The notes: generated by a model from the sequence alone, not told the origin. 40,940 nt of DNA from Octopus bimaculoides (GCF_001194135.2 NC_068984.1:61220834-61261773); one strand, 5' to 3'. Shown: positions 11,801 through 24,630, counted from the first letter of the stretch. Made by a program: numbers and translations.

Positions 11801-13851
11801 ACATTAATAAAGCGTAAATATTAACATCAAGAAATTGTGTAAGGCTACCGATATCAGTCAATATGTTGTTTCTAAAACTTTCAGACACTTTCCTGAATGG
11901 AAGACAGACTGGAAAACCACAATATTGGTCAGATACAGAGTGATAGGCCAAGTGGTGTTAAACGTGTTGCCGTACACAAACAAAGGGCGATATCACAATA
12001 ATCTTACGACTTAATAAATGAGAGCTAGATAGCACCTATCGACAGACAACTTTGCAAAAAGTTTCCGGTATGAAATAGAGCTAAATGATTTGTTTTCAGT
12101 ATCACAGTTTCACCTTCGATTTTATATATATTCTTAATAGAAGAAATACACCGGCGATGATCTTGTACAGAAAAAGAGAAAGAGAGAGAGGAAGAGAGAG
12201 AAAGTGAGAAAGGGGGGAGTAACAGAGAGTGTACTTTTATAATCTGGTGACCTTAATTTAATTTGCATTGCTGTACGCTGGGGAACAAAACTGACATATG
12301 GCTAACGTAGAAACTCAAATAAATAATAATATGACTTATCGTGCTGTGTAATGGTATACCACAAGGCTATAGAATTCGTAGAAACATAAGATAGTTCAAA
12401 AATTTGGCTTGCATATACAAAATTGAGATCTACTTAAGATTTCAAATGATTTAACATTTATCCAGGTTCTTCCACTTGGATAAAACATTGATAAAACAAA
12501 ACGTAACATGAATTTAGATTTATATTAGTAATCATATTTCAGAAGCTGCTAAAGAAGATAAAGTAGATTTTGAAGACTTAACAGATAAGAAATCTTTAAT
12601 TGTGAAATCACACTATTTCGTTTTTAAGTAAATTTTAGGTAATGTAACCTTAAAACTTTCAAACAAATCTGAAGTTTAGATTACCGTTTTAAACAAATTT
12701 CCGTTTTTCTTTCTCAGAAAGTGTGTAAACATCTGGTTCACCTAGCAACACAAATTTATACATGAATCTAACCTGACTGTGCAGGTTAAACATATATATA
12801 TTAATACTGGTATTTTGTTTGTATTCATGCCGCTTAAAACACACTGTCAACATTTTGAGACAAAATAAGAATTTTGCGATAAAATTATATGAACGGCAAA
12901 AGATGAGACAACCATTAAAGTTTTATAAACCACGTTTATCCTGAAAATTATGAATTACAATTTCCAAGATACTAATTATCTGGCCATTTTATATCGTAGT
13001 AAGTTAAACAGATTCCGTTGCAGGATGCATTCTGCAATATAAAAATTCAAAATTCAAAACTGATTTAAAACAGTCGGAAAGACGAACTGTTTACTTGTTA
13101 TAGTGACAAACCATTGGTTACATTTTGATTAGGTAGAAAATCTTCAGTACGTTGGGGTGAATGAAGAAAAGTTTGTGAAACTAATAGCATTTATACAGCT
13201 GCTCATGGCAAAAATTAAATAACATGGATTCTAATTGTAATTGAAACTACGTTGCGGTCAGACGAGGCAGACGCAATTTACCCAGCGACACCTACACTGG
13301 GTTATGAAAATAACAGCAGTCGATGCAATTCAAATATTTAAGCCGGAATTATAAGCCAGTTCAATGGTAAATGCTGATAAAACACTTACAAGTAAATATT
13401 AGGACTAGAAAGATAATCATTGAAATCAACTAGAACCATTATTTCCTGAATTCTCAAATGTGATTTCAAAATTTTCTGTTCGTTTTGTTGCTACTAAGTG
13501 AAGCAGAAATTGTTATTCACTTCATTTAGAATAGCAAAATACTAATATAACTAACTCCTTTACAGCATCAGCTATATTATAAGTTTTATATACATTAACC
13601 ATACTACCGACAACGTTAAAACGGTACATTTACTCTCTTTAATTATAGATTGGAAATTAACGGATATTAAATCATTTCAGTTCGGAAAACTTACGTAAGT
13701 ATTAAATAAATACAAACAATTTTACGGGAGCTAACAATGAAGCAAAAGACATTGTGTAGAGAAACTATTAAAACTCAAGAATATAAAAGATATTTCAAAT
13801 ATACTGTAGAAAGATATGCTTTATAGAAGTTGTTTTACCATCTCCCTCATG

Positions 13852-13959
<108 letters not shown>

Positions 13960-15475
13960 AAGCAGAGTTTGTGTGTGTGTGTGTTCCTTACGTATTCGGA
14001 AACTTTGTTTCCGATTTTGACGTATGGGGTATCAAAGATTCAGTAATCTTTCAGTTTCCATTACAAAAATTTAACATTATAACCTTTCTATAAGTCACCT
14101 ATCGTAAACGACATTTTATGCCACGACGACGACGTCACATTTTCTACATAAGCGTGTATGTGTCTGTCAATGTGTGTGTGTTTGCGTGTTCGTTACGTAC
14201 GTTAGACCGACGACTGAGAAGTATATGTGTGTGAGTGTATGGGAGGATATATGTGTCTATTAGTATACATACATTTTTGTTACGGCTGACACACACACAC
14301 ACACAACTAAAAACAGCGACATACACACAGAGAGACAGAGATAGGTCTGAGGTGTGCGTGAATGTATGTCTGTGTGTGTCTGTCTTAGTATATGTCTGTG
14401 ACTGTACCGCCCAACAGTGAAACGCGCCGATTTTCAAAGAGTTCAGTTCACTTGCATCCTGGACGTTGATCGAACAACCGCGTTCCCTTTGAAGTACCGC
14501 TGTTTGGATTTTCCTTTTCCTCATGGAGAGTTGCTGTTTAAACAGCATTAACGATTATCACTGCTTACGTGCTAAAATATTATTTTGGATTTTATAACAA
14601 CATGAAGATTTGGCTGATTTGACAGCAGTCACAACACTCACAATACAAATGAAAAAAATGTTATTCTGGTTATTATAACAAATTCGGAATCTTGGTGAAG
14701 TAGAAAGACTTAGCGGCTCTTTCAATAGAATTACATGAATGTTATTCCAGTCCTTATAACCAGTTTGAAGATAATGCATTTTTAACAGACCTACCGTCTT
14801 ATCGTATTCCTGCTATGCTGTTTTAACAGTATTAGCATTCAACGCTGTGCAACCTTTCTACTGTGTTAGTCAATATTTATTCTACAGCCTATTATATTAC
14901 ACAGTTAAAATATATAGTAAGTGATGTCAGATTAATTCATGTCTTGCTGCATACATCCTTTAGCAAATGTTTTAAATTAATTAATGTTCATGACAGCTGC
15001 ATATTCCTTTGTATGCACTTCGTTCAGCGTTCATTTAAAAATTGTAAAATAATAAACTATTTTTGTATGAAAAATTGAATTATGCCTTCTGAATTTTCTT
15101 GATTTTCCTTACCGTGACAATCAATCTTGAATTTTATAGCATTTAGCACATGTTTCAAATAAATGTTGACTTTTTCTACTTTGTTACATTGGTGACGCAT
15201 AGTAATTTTTTTTTAATTGGTGACTTTCCGACGCTGAAATATTTCTTTTGGCAATATTCCCTAAAAACATGATTTTAGCATAACTATGCTACATAAAGTA
15301 TGTTTTGCACCTACATTGACTACATTCAGTTTCGCTTGAACTCCGTGTGTGTACGTTTTGTTGTTTTCAATGTTATCAATTCTATCAGTGTCTATTTATC
15401 TGGGAGTGTGTTTCCGCGTTCGTTACGTGTTTAGTAAACTAGAGTAAAGGACATACATTTTTCACCGTTTTAAGG

Positions 15476-16816
15476 AGCCCGCATCTAATGAAGTAGCCAT
15501 CCTTATGGTAGGTGATTCCCATGAAAATTGTGATATCTTCATTCAGGCTCGAGATAACAAACTTAAACGTGTTTCAGTGAATGAACGAAATGGGTATCAC
15601 TTGAATATTCTACAGATTGAGCCTGCAACAGAAGAGCCGATTACAAACAAAAAGGTGTCGTCAAAAGAATTCTATTCTTACTAACTAATGTTAAGATCAG
15701 AACAATCAAATCAATTACACATGTATCGTGATCTATTTCGGCAATACCTGGTTGATATTTATGCTAAAGTTGATAGTCAGCATCTCCATTACATTTGTAA
15801 CAATTAGAAAAAGTTAAAGGCTAAAATTATGTTCATCTCCAAGATGCTTTGAAGACAGATGGTGATAGTCAAAAGATGGGGCAACTTAGAATCCTCCAAT
15901 CATCACTCACAGCTGGGTCCTCGACATATGCCCGAACGAATACAAGATGCATTGCTCCTTCTGGTACTGCAGCTATCGTCCTCAATGGAGGAAGAACTGC
16001 TTATTCCACGTTCAAGCTCACCCTAAACCTTGCAATGAAAGAATCTCAAATTTGTAACATTTCCAAAAAATCTCCAAAGGTAACAGTTCTTCAACAGGTT
16101 TGCCTTATTGTTTAGGATGAGTGCACTGTCACATCGTGGAGATCCAGATGTACTTGACCGTACTCTCCAAGACAAAGACAATAGCAAATTCTTGAGAAGA
16201 GTAACAGTACTTCTTGCAGGAGATTTCCGTCAAACGTTGTCGTTTATCTCAAAAGGATCAAAAGCAGATGAGGTCAATGTGTGCTTCGGAAAATCGTACC
16301 GTTGGAGACGTGAAAAAACTTCAACTTGCAAGCAACATCAGAGTACTTCTACAATGTGATCATACGAGCTTCTTCAGATTAGTAATGAGATATGAACTTT
16401 CAACTCAAGACTTCAGTTACATGAAATTACATGCGGTCAAATGATACTTTCTCTTAGGTATCTTATGGATAAAATATTTCCTAATTTGTCTGTCAATTAC
16501 ACTGATGTAAACTGGCTATGTGAATGAGCTATACCAGCTCCAACTAATGAAATGGTTGATAAACTCAATCATGAACTTCTTCAAAAGTTAACAACTACAT
16601 CAAAAATGACTTTTTTTTATCAACTGACAACAGTCGATCAAGATCAGGTTGTCCAATACCCTGTTGAATTTCTGGGCACGCTTAAAGCTATGGGATGCAT
16701 AAGTTGATACTAAAATTGGGTGCTCCCGTTATGTTGCTTTGGAATTTTGACCCATCTCACTTCTGTAATGGAACTTGCTTAATCGTAACTTCCACGAAGC
16801 CCCGTTCAGGCAATAN
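15476..16816 (+). mobile_element. Degenerate Helitron Rep/helicase pseudogene, internally deleted, running into an N-gap
   Basis: Mixed-frame translation gives NEVAILMVG..., KVSSKEFYSY*LMLR, LFRQYLVDIYAKVDSQHLHYI, YVHLQDAL..GQLRILQSS..GPRHMPERIQDA (Rep region). It then gives SGTAAIVLNGGRTAYSTFKL, IV*DE, VLLAGDFRQTL and HKLILKLGAPVMLLWNFDPSHFCNGTCLIV (Pif1-like helicase). Several stops and frameshifts. Confidence 0.92.
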
Positions 16817-17685
16817 NNNNNNNNNNNNNNNNNNNNNNNNNNNNNNNNNNNNNNNNNNNNNNNNNNNNNNNNNNNNNNNNNNNNNNNNNNNNNNNNNNNN
16901 NNNNNNNNNNNNNNNNNNNNNNNNNNNNNNNNNNNNNNNNNNNNNNNNNNNNNNNNNNNNNNNNNNNNNNNNNNNNNNNNNNNNNNNNNNNNNNNNNNNN
17001 NNNNNNNNNNNNNNNNNNNNNNNNNNNNNNNNNNNNNNNNNNNNNNNNNNNNNNNNNNNNNNNNNNNNNNNNNNNNNNNNNNNNNNNNNNNNNNNNNNNN
17101 NNNNNNNNNNNNNNNNNNNNNNNNNNNNNNNNNNNNNNNNNNNNNNNNNNNNNNNNNNNNNNNNNNNNNNNNNNNNNNNNNNNNNNNNNNNNNNNNNNNN
17201 NNNNNNNNNNNNNNNNNNNNNNNNNNNNNNNNNNNNNNNNNNNNNNNNNNNNNNNNNNNNNNNNNNNNNNNNNNNNNNNNNNNNNNNNNNNNNNNNNNNN
17301 NNNNNNNNNNNNNNNNNNNNNNNNNNNNNNNNNNNNNNNNNNNNNNNNNNNNNNNNNNNNNNNNNNNNNNNNNNNNNNNNNNNNNNNNNNNNNNNNNNNN
17401 NNNNNNNNNNNNNNNNNNNNNNNNNNNNNNNNNNNNNNNNNNNNNNNNNNNNNNNNNNNNNNNNNNNNNNNNNNNNNNNNNNNNNNNNATATAGTTGAGG
17501 TGTGTCCTGTTAAGAACCTCTAAGAGTAAAAATAGAGCTCGTTCACCCTTAGAATTCCGAAATAGTCGGTAGTATTCTTATGGTATACCACCAATTCTAG
17601 TCTTAGGTATTCCTCGTGTGTGAAAATAAAAACTAAAAAGTAACAGAGTCAAAAGGAAGAGTAAGTACGGTTAGACAGCTTTTTA

Positions 17686-17804
17686 ATCACTACAAACGTT
17701 TCGATACCTACAGATCCTCGTATATACAGGATTTAAAGTTCAGTTTAAATTAAATCATTTAAAGATTTACCTGTATAGGATCTATACGTATCTCCTCAGG
17801 CGAT
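17686..17804 (-). ncRNA. Type I hammerhead ribozyme with a 90-nt branched stem II
   Basis: Minus strand: stem I AUCGC (17804-17800), core CUGAGGA (17799-17793), stem II G..C (17792-17703), GAAA (17702-17699), C-guuu-G stem III, GUA triplet (17693-17691) and stem I partner GUGAU (17690-17686). All invariant core nucleotides are present. Folded by eye; not tested. Confidence 0.75.
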
Positions 17805-17855
17805 ATTCAGTTGCTTTCTCCGTAAGCAAATTTAGATTTCCATGCTACAACATCC

Positions 17856-17889
17856 ATGTTCTAAGAATATATATATATTCTTAGAACAT
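17856..17889. repeat. Perfect 34-bp palindrome
   Basis: atgttctaagaa-tatatatata-ttcttagaacat equals its own reverse complement. Confidence 0.95.
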
Positions 17890-17977
17890 ATGTTATTAAT
17901 ACCACAAAATGAACATTAAGAAGTTTAATATGCTACTGCTACCTGGACAAACAAATAAAATTTGAGAGAAATTTGAT

Positions 17978-17978
17978 G

Positions 17979-18049
<71 letters not shown>
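17978..18049. repeat. (TAA)n microsatellite
   Basis: Directly visible; abuts the retrotransposon fragment. Confidence 0.95.
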
Positions 18050-18563
18050 TTAAGGAAGCTGACAAATACAAACTGACAAATACAAACAAGAAATCAATCT
18101 ACCTAACAAATACGAAGAAGAAGAAGAAGAAGAAACAACAAAAGCTATAAAACAAATGAAATCCAAACTAAAACTAGAACAGCAACGGACCATGATAAAA
18201 CGATGGCAAGAAAAGCCCCTACATGGTAAATACTGGGCTAAACTAAATGCGAAAGAAATAGACAGAGAAAAGTCCCAGCAATGGCTGAGAAGCTCAGGAC
18301 TCAAAGCAGAGACTGAAAGATTTTTAATTGTTGCACAAGACCAGAATTTACCAAAAACACACAATGAAAAGAAATATAACATGTAACTGTAGAATATGTG
18401 GAGATCGACAAGAAACAATAAATCATATTATCTCTGGCTGCCCAGTCCTGGCTAAGAAGGAATATATTCACAGACACGACAGAGCTGGGACCTATATACA
18501 CTGGAAGCTATGCCAACACTATGGAATAACAACAGAAAAAAGATGGTATAAACACACGCCAGA
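18050..18563 (+). mobile_element. R4/Dong-like (RLE-clade) non-LTR retrotransposon fragment: post-RT region and zinc knuckle
   Basis: WQEKPLHGKY...SQQWLRSSGLKAETERFLIVAQDQ, then a frameshift (~18350), then CRICGDRQETINHIISGCPVLAKKEYIHRHD...IHWKLC...WYKHTP. This is the CCHC/RHD block typical of R4/Dong elements. Ends at an N-gap. Confidence 0.88.
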
Positions 18564-18573
18564 NNNNNNNNNN

Positions 18574-18773
18574 GAAGAAGAAGAAGAAGCAGAAGAAGAA
18601 GAAGAAGAAGAAGAAGAAGAAGAAGAAGAAGAAGAAGAAGAAGAAGAAGAAAAAGAAAAAGAAGAAGAAGAAGAAGAAGAAGGAGAAGAAGAAGAAGAAG
18701 AAGAAGAAGAAGAAGAAGAAGAAGAAGAAGAAGAAGAAGAAGAAGAAGAGGAAGAGGAAGAAGAAGAAGAAGA
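18574..18773. repeat. (GAA)n microsatellite
   Basis: Directly visible; source of the poly-E ORF tail. Confidence 0.95.
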
Positions 18774-19965
18774 AATTTGAGACTGCTTGGTTAGTAGATC
18801 AAGTGAATATATATACTTTATTGGCTCAAATTAAGATAATTGAGTTATAATTGATTTATATTACTTGATAAGCTCTTCCAAAACACATTTCAATTCAAAT
18901 CAGTCCAGAAGGAATGTTTTGAAATAATTATGAATATTGATAAGAGTACAGTATAAAATTTTAAACATTGAATGATAGGTTCAAGAAAAATACAAACCTA
19001 ATGTAACGTTGATAATTAGCCCACGTAATCCACAGGAGCTAAGACCTGTGATACAAAGCATTTTTTTTTACCCGAACATCCATTGTTCCACTTCTTTTGA
19101 GCATTACTTATTTAAGAATACGCTATCCATTGCTCGCTCATTTAAAGACGGCTGCTGTCATTAGAACAAGATATGTCAGCCATGTCTAAAAATTTGAGCG
19201 ATAACGCAAATGCCCTGCCGTTGGTTCTAAATAATAATTTCTTTTATAGTCTTCAGAATATAATGATTAAAGTAAAATGCCTGTAGATGTACCTGACTTA
19301 ACAATAGTAAATTTAATACGATATACTTCAGACAATGTGTAGTTTACCTATTGAAGGTACGAAGATGGAATGCTAAGGTGTATACTAATAGTTAATTAAG
19401 TTGATTGTGATTTTGAAAAGGTGTTTCATAAGAACTTGTTGTTCACAGAGTATTTTATTTAATCAATTCAATGGGGGGCGTTATTTTCCCATTAATTATT
19501 ATTTCATACAAGTGAATAGCAATTGATCTTAATTAATTAGTAAACCCGAGGCAAATTTAATTAATCAAACTTTGTGCATGTCATTTACAAATTGCTGGTA
19601 AGATTTAGTTCAATGATCATGACTAATATATTAGCTATATCTCTCACAATGAATACTGATCATTGTATTAGCATATCAATATAACCTATTTGGTTATGAA
19701 AATAGTCTTTAAAAAATGACCACTTCACTATCGGTTAATTTTAGCATCTTTATATTTCAAATGTTACCTGATTAAATCAATAATTTCAACTTCCAGAAGA
19801 AAGTTGTCACGCTGATCTATTCTAAGATCACTAAACGGATTTTCAAAGAGTGTCGCTTATTTTCTTTGTTAGAAAATGAAGGCTGACATTCAATAGTTAA
19901 AAATAACAATAAAACTTTGTTTAAATGAAACATATTTCATTATTAATATGGTGAGAAAATGTAAG

Positions 19966-20128
19966 GCAGCAGGCAGGTAGAATCTTTAGCATGCCGGGCA
20001 AAATGCTTTGCGCTAGAATTCAAATTCCGCTGTGGTCAACTTTAACCTTTCATTCATTCGGAGTCGCTTTAATCGAATTAATTATCACCTGAACCTGCTG
20101 GCCTAGTGCCAAAATGTGAAACTAATAT
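19966..20128 (+). mobile_element. tRNA-derived SINE copy with an internal deletion
   Basis: ggcagcaggcaggtagaatctttagcatgccgggcaaaatgct...aattcaaattccgctgtggtcaactttaacctttcattcattcggagtcg...gtgccaaaatgtgaaac; A/B-box-like head; homologous to 936-1145 (-). Confidence 0.72.
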
Positions 20129-20307
20129 AGTATGATCTCGCTATATGGCAGTGGGAAGTATATCACTGTTTACGCATTTACCTATTCACATCCCTACTTA
20201 ACTTTCTATCTTTTATCACTATCAGCGTAATTTACTCCCACACGTATTATATTTCTACTCAAACGCATACTGATATAAATATACGTGCATATGTGCATAC
20301 ACACACA

Positions 20308-20357
<50 letters not shown>

Positions 20358-20504
20358 NNNNNNNNNNNNNNNNNNNNNNNNNNNNNNNNNNNNNNNNNNN
20401 NNNNNNNNNNNNNNNNNNNNNNNNNNNNNNNNNNNNNNNNNNNNNNNNNNNNNNNNNNNNNNNNNNNNNNNNNNNNNNNNNNNNNNNNNNNNNNNNNNNN
20501 NNNN

Positions 20505-20577
<73 letters not shown>

Positions 20578-20581
20578 CATA

Positions 20582-20874
20582 CATATATGGGTACAAGACG
20601 TCACCAACGGTGTAAATAACATGAGGTACGTTGAAAAACGAGGGAAAACGAGTGAAATACGTAAAAACAAGAATAAAATGGAAAGCAGGACAAGTAAACA
20701 CAGAGAAATGATCCGAAATGAGGAGCAGATTAGACAGCCAACAACTGATGAAGGGTCCTTTCTCTGTGTTTACCTGTCTCGTTTTTCCATTTTATTCTTG
20801 TTTAAATATTTCACTCGTTTATTCACGTATTTCATGTTATTTGCACCGTTGGTGACGTCGTGTACCCATATATG
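20582..20874. mobile_element. Foldback/MITE-like element with ~130-bp inverted arms and a 38-bp spacer
   Basis: Left arm catatatgggtacaagacgtcaccaacggtgtaaataacatgagg...cacagagaaatgatcc mirrors right arm gggtcctttctctgtg...catgttatttgcaccgttggtgacgtcgtgtacccatatatg. TA-rich ends. Confidence 0.85.
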
Positions 20875-21056
20875 CATATTATACACACACGCACACACAC
20901 ACAAGCACGAAATAAGATTAAGATTAATGTAATATAAAGCTGAAGCAAATTAACACCAAATATACAGTGCGTGTGTTTTTATTGGCTAAACTGGCAATAT
21001 GACCATCCTCAAGTACAACAACATATATATTTATATACATATACATATATATAGAG

Positions 21057-21325
21057 ATAGCGGTCACAATAGAGACGGAAGGTGCTGGTCAGCACCGTTT
21101 ATGCTAAAATAAACGTTAAATTAACCCCAAAGCCATATGATTGATACAGGAAGCTGAGTTTAACCCTAGGTGTTAAAAGCCGCTGATGGGAATTAAGACG
21201 TCAACACCAACATTCAAAATCGCGATCCGGCTTCATATGACAGGGTCTTACCTCCCTTTTGTCAATCATTGAGTTAGTGCCAAACAGTGCTGGCCGCCAC
21301 CCTCCGTCACTTTTGTGACCTCTAT
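21057..21325. mobile_element. MITE with ~44-bp terminal inverted repeats
   Basis: 21057-21100 atagcggtcacaatagagacggaaggtgctggtcagcaccgttt versus the reverse complement of 21282-21325, atagaggtcacaaaagtgacggagggtggcggccagcactgttt. Confidence 0.82.
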
Positions 21326-21376
21326 TAATTTTGCCTTTAGGTTCTAATTGCTAATAAGCCATCTTTTTTATTAGTT

Positions 21377-21413
<37 letters not shown>

Positions 21414-22463
21414 TCGAATTTATATGAAAGAGAACTTTACTACAGGGAAATCCTGCTAATATTAATTTACAAACATATTTTCTAATTATTCGATATCGAT
21501 GAAATAAAAATATACTATGAAATATTCTACTGTCATTTTCAACAGAATTTCTACTTAATCATTCACAAATTAACACAATATTGTTCACGACAAAGAAATT
21601 CTGAAAGATGGCATTCAGTTCATTTGCTTAACCTTGCGGAAAGAGACAAAAGCATACAATATTCCTAGTTTAATTTCTCAAATTAACACGTGAATAAATA
21701 CTTCATCATATAATAGAAGAAATATTTACGTCAATGCATTCCCAGCATCCTAACAGGCCAACCCTGCATGCACAAACATATTAATACTCTCATATATTTA
21801 TGCTCACATATACGAAATATAAATAAACATGTATATTTTGTTACATACGCATATGCTTCAAGTTTTGGATTCTCTAGAAGAGATAGATTGTCTACCTAAA
21901 AGAAAACCTAAAAATAAAGCATTTCGGTAAAGTATTCTATCAGCGTTGTGAATTAATCATTTCTCATTTAAAGGAGGAAGAAAATGAAATATATTTTAAT
22001 ACCAGTAGCTATAATTACATTAACGGTGTTATTTACTGTTTGTACGCGGCATTAAGATAGGTTTCACAGATTTTCTATCACCAGGGATAGCGAATATACG
22101 AAAATCAAAAACAAGTTTGCAAAAAAAAAAAACACAAACAAAAGACAAAACATAACTGATCATACGTCTCTCATTAGCTTATTAATTGATTTTTATGAAC
22201 CATAATTATAAAATAGGTGGCATAAAAATAAATATTCAATATGCATTGTTTCAGTATGTATTTCAATCTAACTTACAAGTTTTCTTCGCCCTTCCCCAAA
22301 CTGAACATTGTAGATTTTGCAAAATGATATAAGAATTATTTCTTAAGTACAGTCATTACCACACAGTCTTCTATGATACATCTGTTTCTTGTCCCTTCAC
22401 AGAACTACTTATTGCCAATAAGATGGTGACTTATATATATATATATATATATAAAGCTGAGCA

Positions 22464-22511
22464 AAGCTGGGTGAAGGGAAATGACTGGAAGCTGGGTGAA
22501 GGGAAATGACT
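22464..22511. repeat. Short direct duplication (aagctgggtgaagggaaatgact x2)
   Basis: Directly visible. Confidence 0.9.
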
Positions 22512-24630
22512 TTCGTATTCTTCCAGAAAAGATTCCATGACAATTAAATGGTACTTCCAAGTCAGTTCTGAATGTCTTTCTTCTTCATGGACTAACTTTC
22601 TATTCAGTGTCGTACATTGTACATCATGAATTTACATTTTTGACATTAGATCTTCCTTGCTCCATCAATTTTTCTCTCTTTGTCCATACCTGCGCTCAAA
22701 TGCATATGTACGTACATGCATAGTACATAATGCATATATATATATATATATATATGTAAAGAAAGGGAGAGAGGAGAGAGAGATGAAAATTTGGAAATGG
22801 ATTCAATGACATTTCTTTATTACATATCACTAGAATTGTTCTCACACGTCTTTCCACGCGTAATGCAATGCATTGATAAGGTATAATTAACATACTGCGT
22901 CATTACTACCATCCATATATATATATATATATATATATGCCTCCCTCTCTGTATATATATACATACAGAGTATGGGGGTTTAGTTCTCTGTTGATCTAAA
23001 CGATTAAGTTTGCTAGGTAAGTGGTGTAACGGATTACCAGGGCTCCAAGGTTATAGCGAAGACGGTAGTTATGGAGCCTTTGTAGATTTCCAATATAGCG
23101 GATACATAATTGTTAAAGTGGACAACAAACGTTAAGGCAAGGCAAACATCTTAAGTCATATACGTTATTATGATTAGAAAAATTCAAATTTTTATATTAT
23201 TGCAAACATATGTCAAAATTCCTTTTTATTAACCTTAAATAAGTTTTCTCTACCCACCTTCCTCATACTTTTTCTTATTCTAATTATTACCCCTCCTTAG
23301 TTCTTCATATAATCACCCGTTTACATCTCTGCTAACTTTATATATGCGTTCTATTATAACAATTACCCTACAATGCGTGGTTATTCATGGGCTATTCCAC
23401 ACCTCATAATATTATATCGGCCTTTCACACTTTTTTTATTAATTATATATAGCCTATGCCAAAAATTCGCTTTTCTTCCTCTTTTACTAAATACATATTT
23501 CAGTTAAATGTTCTGACCGACACTTTAAATATATATACACACATATTATTTTTAGTAGGTTCTATATATATTTTTAACAGTATGCTCTTAAATACACTTC
23601 TCTCATCCATTATAATTATTACTACTTCTTTATTTTCATAGCAAATTTTCCCGATCTATATGCTGTTTTTATTTTTTTACTTCCTTCTATTGATATTCAA
23701 TTTCATTCCTTGATATTTTTTTCGGTGTATATTATATCCCCTTTTTTCACTTGTTACTTATATAGCTACTTCTTTTCTTTTGTCATATATTATTCATATT
23801 ATATACATTTATATATGCGTATACATATGCACATTTATGCCCACATTTGCACGTATGTGTATATATGGATGTATATGCATGTGTGTAGGTGTTTCTATGT
23901 AGGTTTTAGTGTATACTTATGTTTTTTTTGGTTGTGTATCTGTATTATGTGTAGGCGTATACGTGTGTATTCCCCAAGAATATTTTTTCCCTGAATATAC
24001 ATTTAGCATTATCTCCCCTCTAATATAACACTCTGGCCCATAAATAAATTATTAAAAAATCCTTGTTTTTACGAATTATTTATCAACATTTTTTCTAACA
24101 GTAGTATGCACTTTTCTTTTTATTTTCTCTCTCAATTTTTATTATCAACAACTATACCTTCTTTCTTTTTACAAACAAATATAATACTATCTTACCATAA
24201 TGTCACATCCTGTCACAATAGTATTTACCCCAATTATTTTTGCTACCCTTCGATTTTCTAGTAACTTATTTTAAATCGCACCCATATACCTAAACCCCTT
24301 ATCCTAGACACTGTTCTTTCAGTAAACTGTTTCTTTTTTCATTTTTTCACCTATTTTCTTTGCACACCACCCATAACTGTCAACACACTAAAATTTAGAT
24401 ATAGCTATTATATCCCACTAGACGTTTATTATGTGCGAGCGCGTGCATTTATGAGTGTAAGATGCGGGTGTGCAATTTTGTTATATTTTTTTCTCTCTGA
24501 TCTTTCCTACTTATATCTAAAATATACGTTGGGCAAAACAGTTCTAGTTCTTACACAGATAGACTCACTCAACTCATTGTAATTGTAATATTCTTTTGTT
24601 ACTCCCTATTTTGATGTTTTCTTCACCTTT

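Noticed and set aside
20710-20760. GAAA ... CTGATGA inside the foldback spacer, resembling a type II hammerhead using the TIR as stem II
   Set aside because: No stem I hairpin, stem III is only 2 bp with a 9-nt loop, and the 10.1/11.1 pair is A-C.
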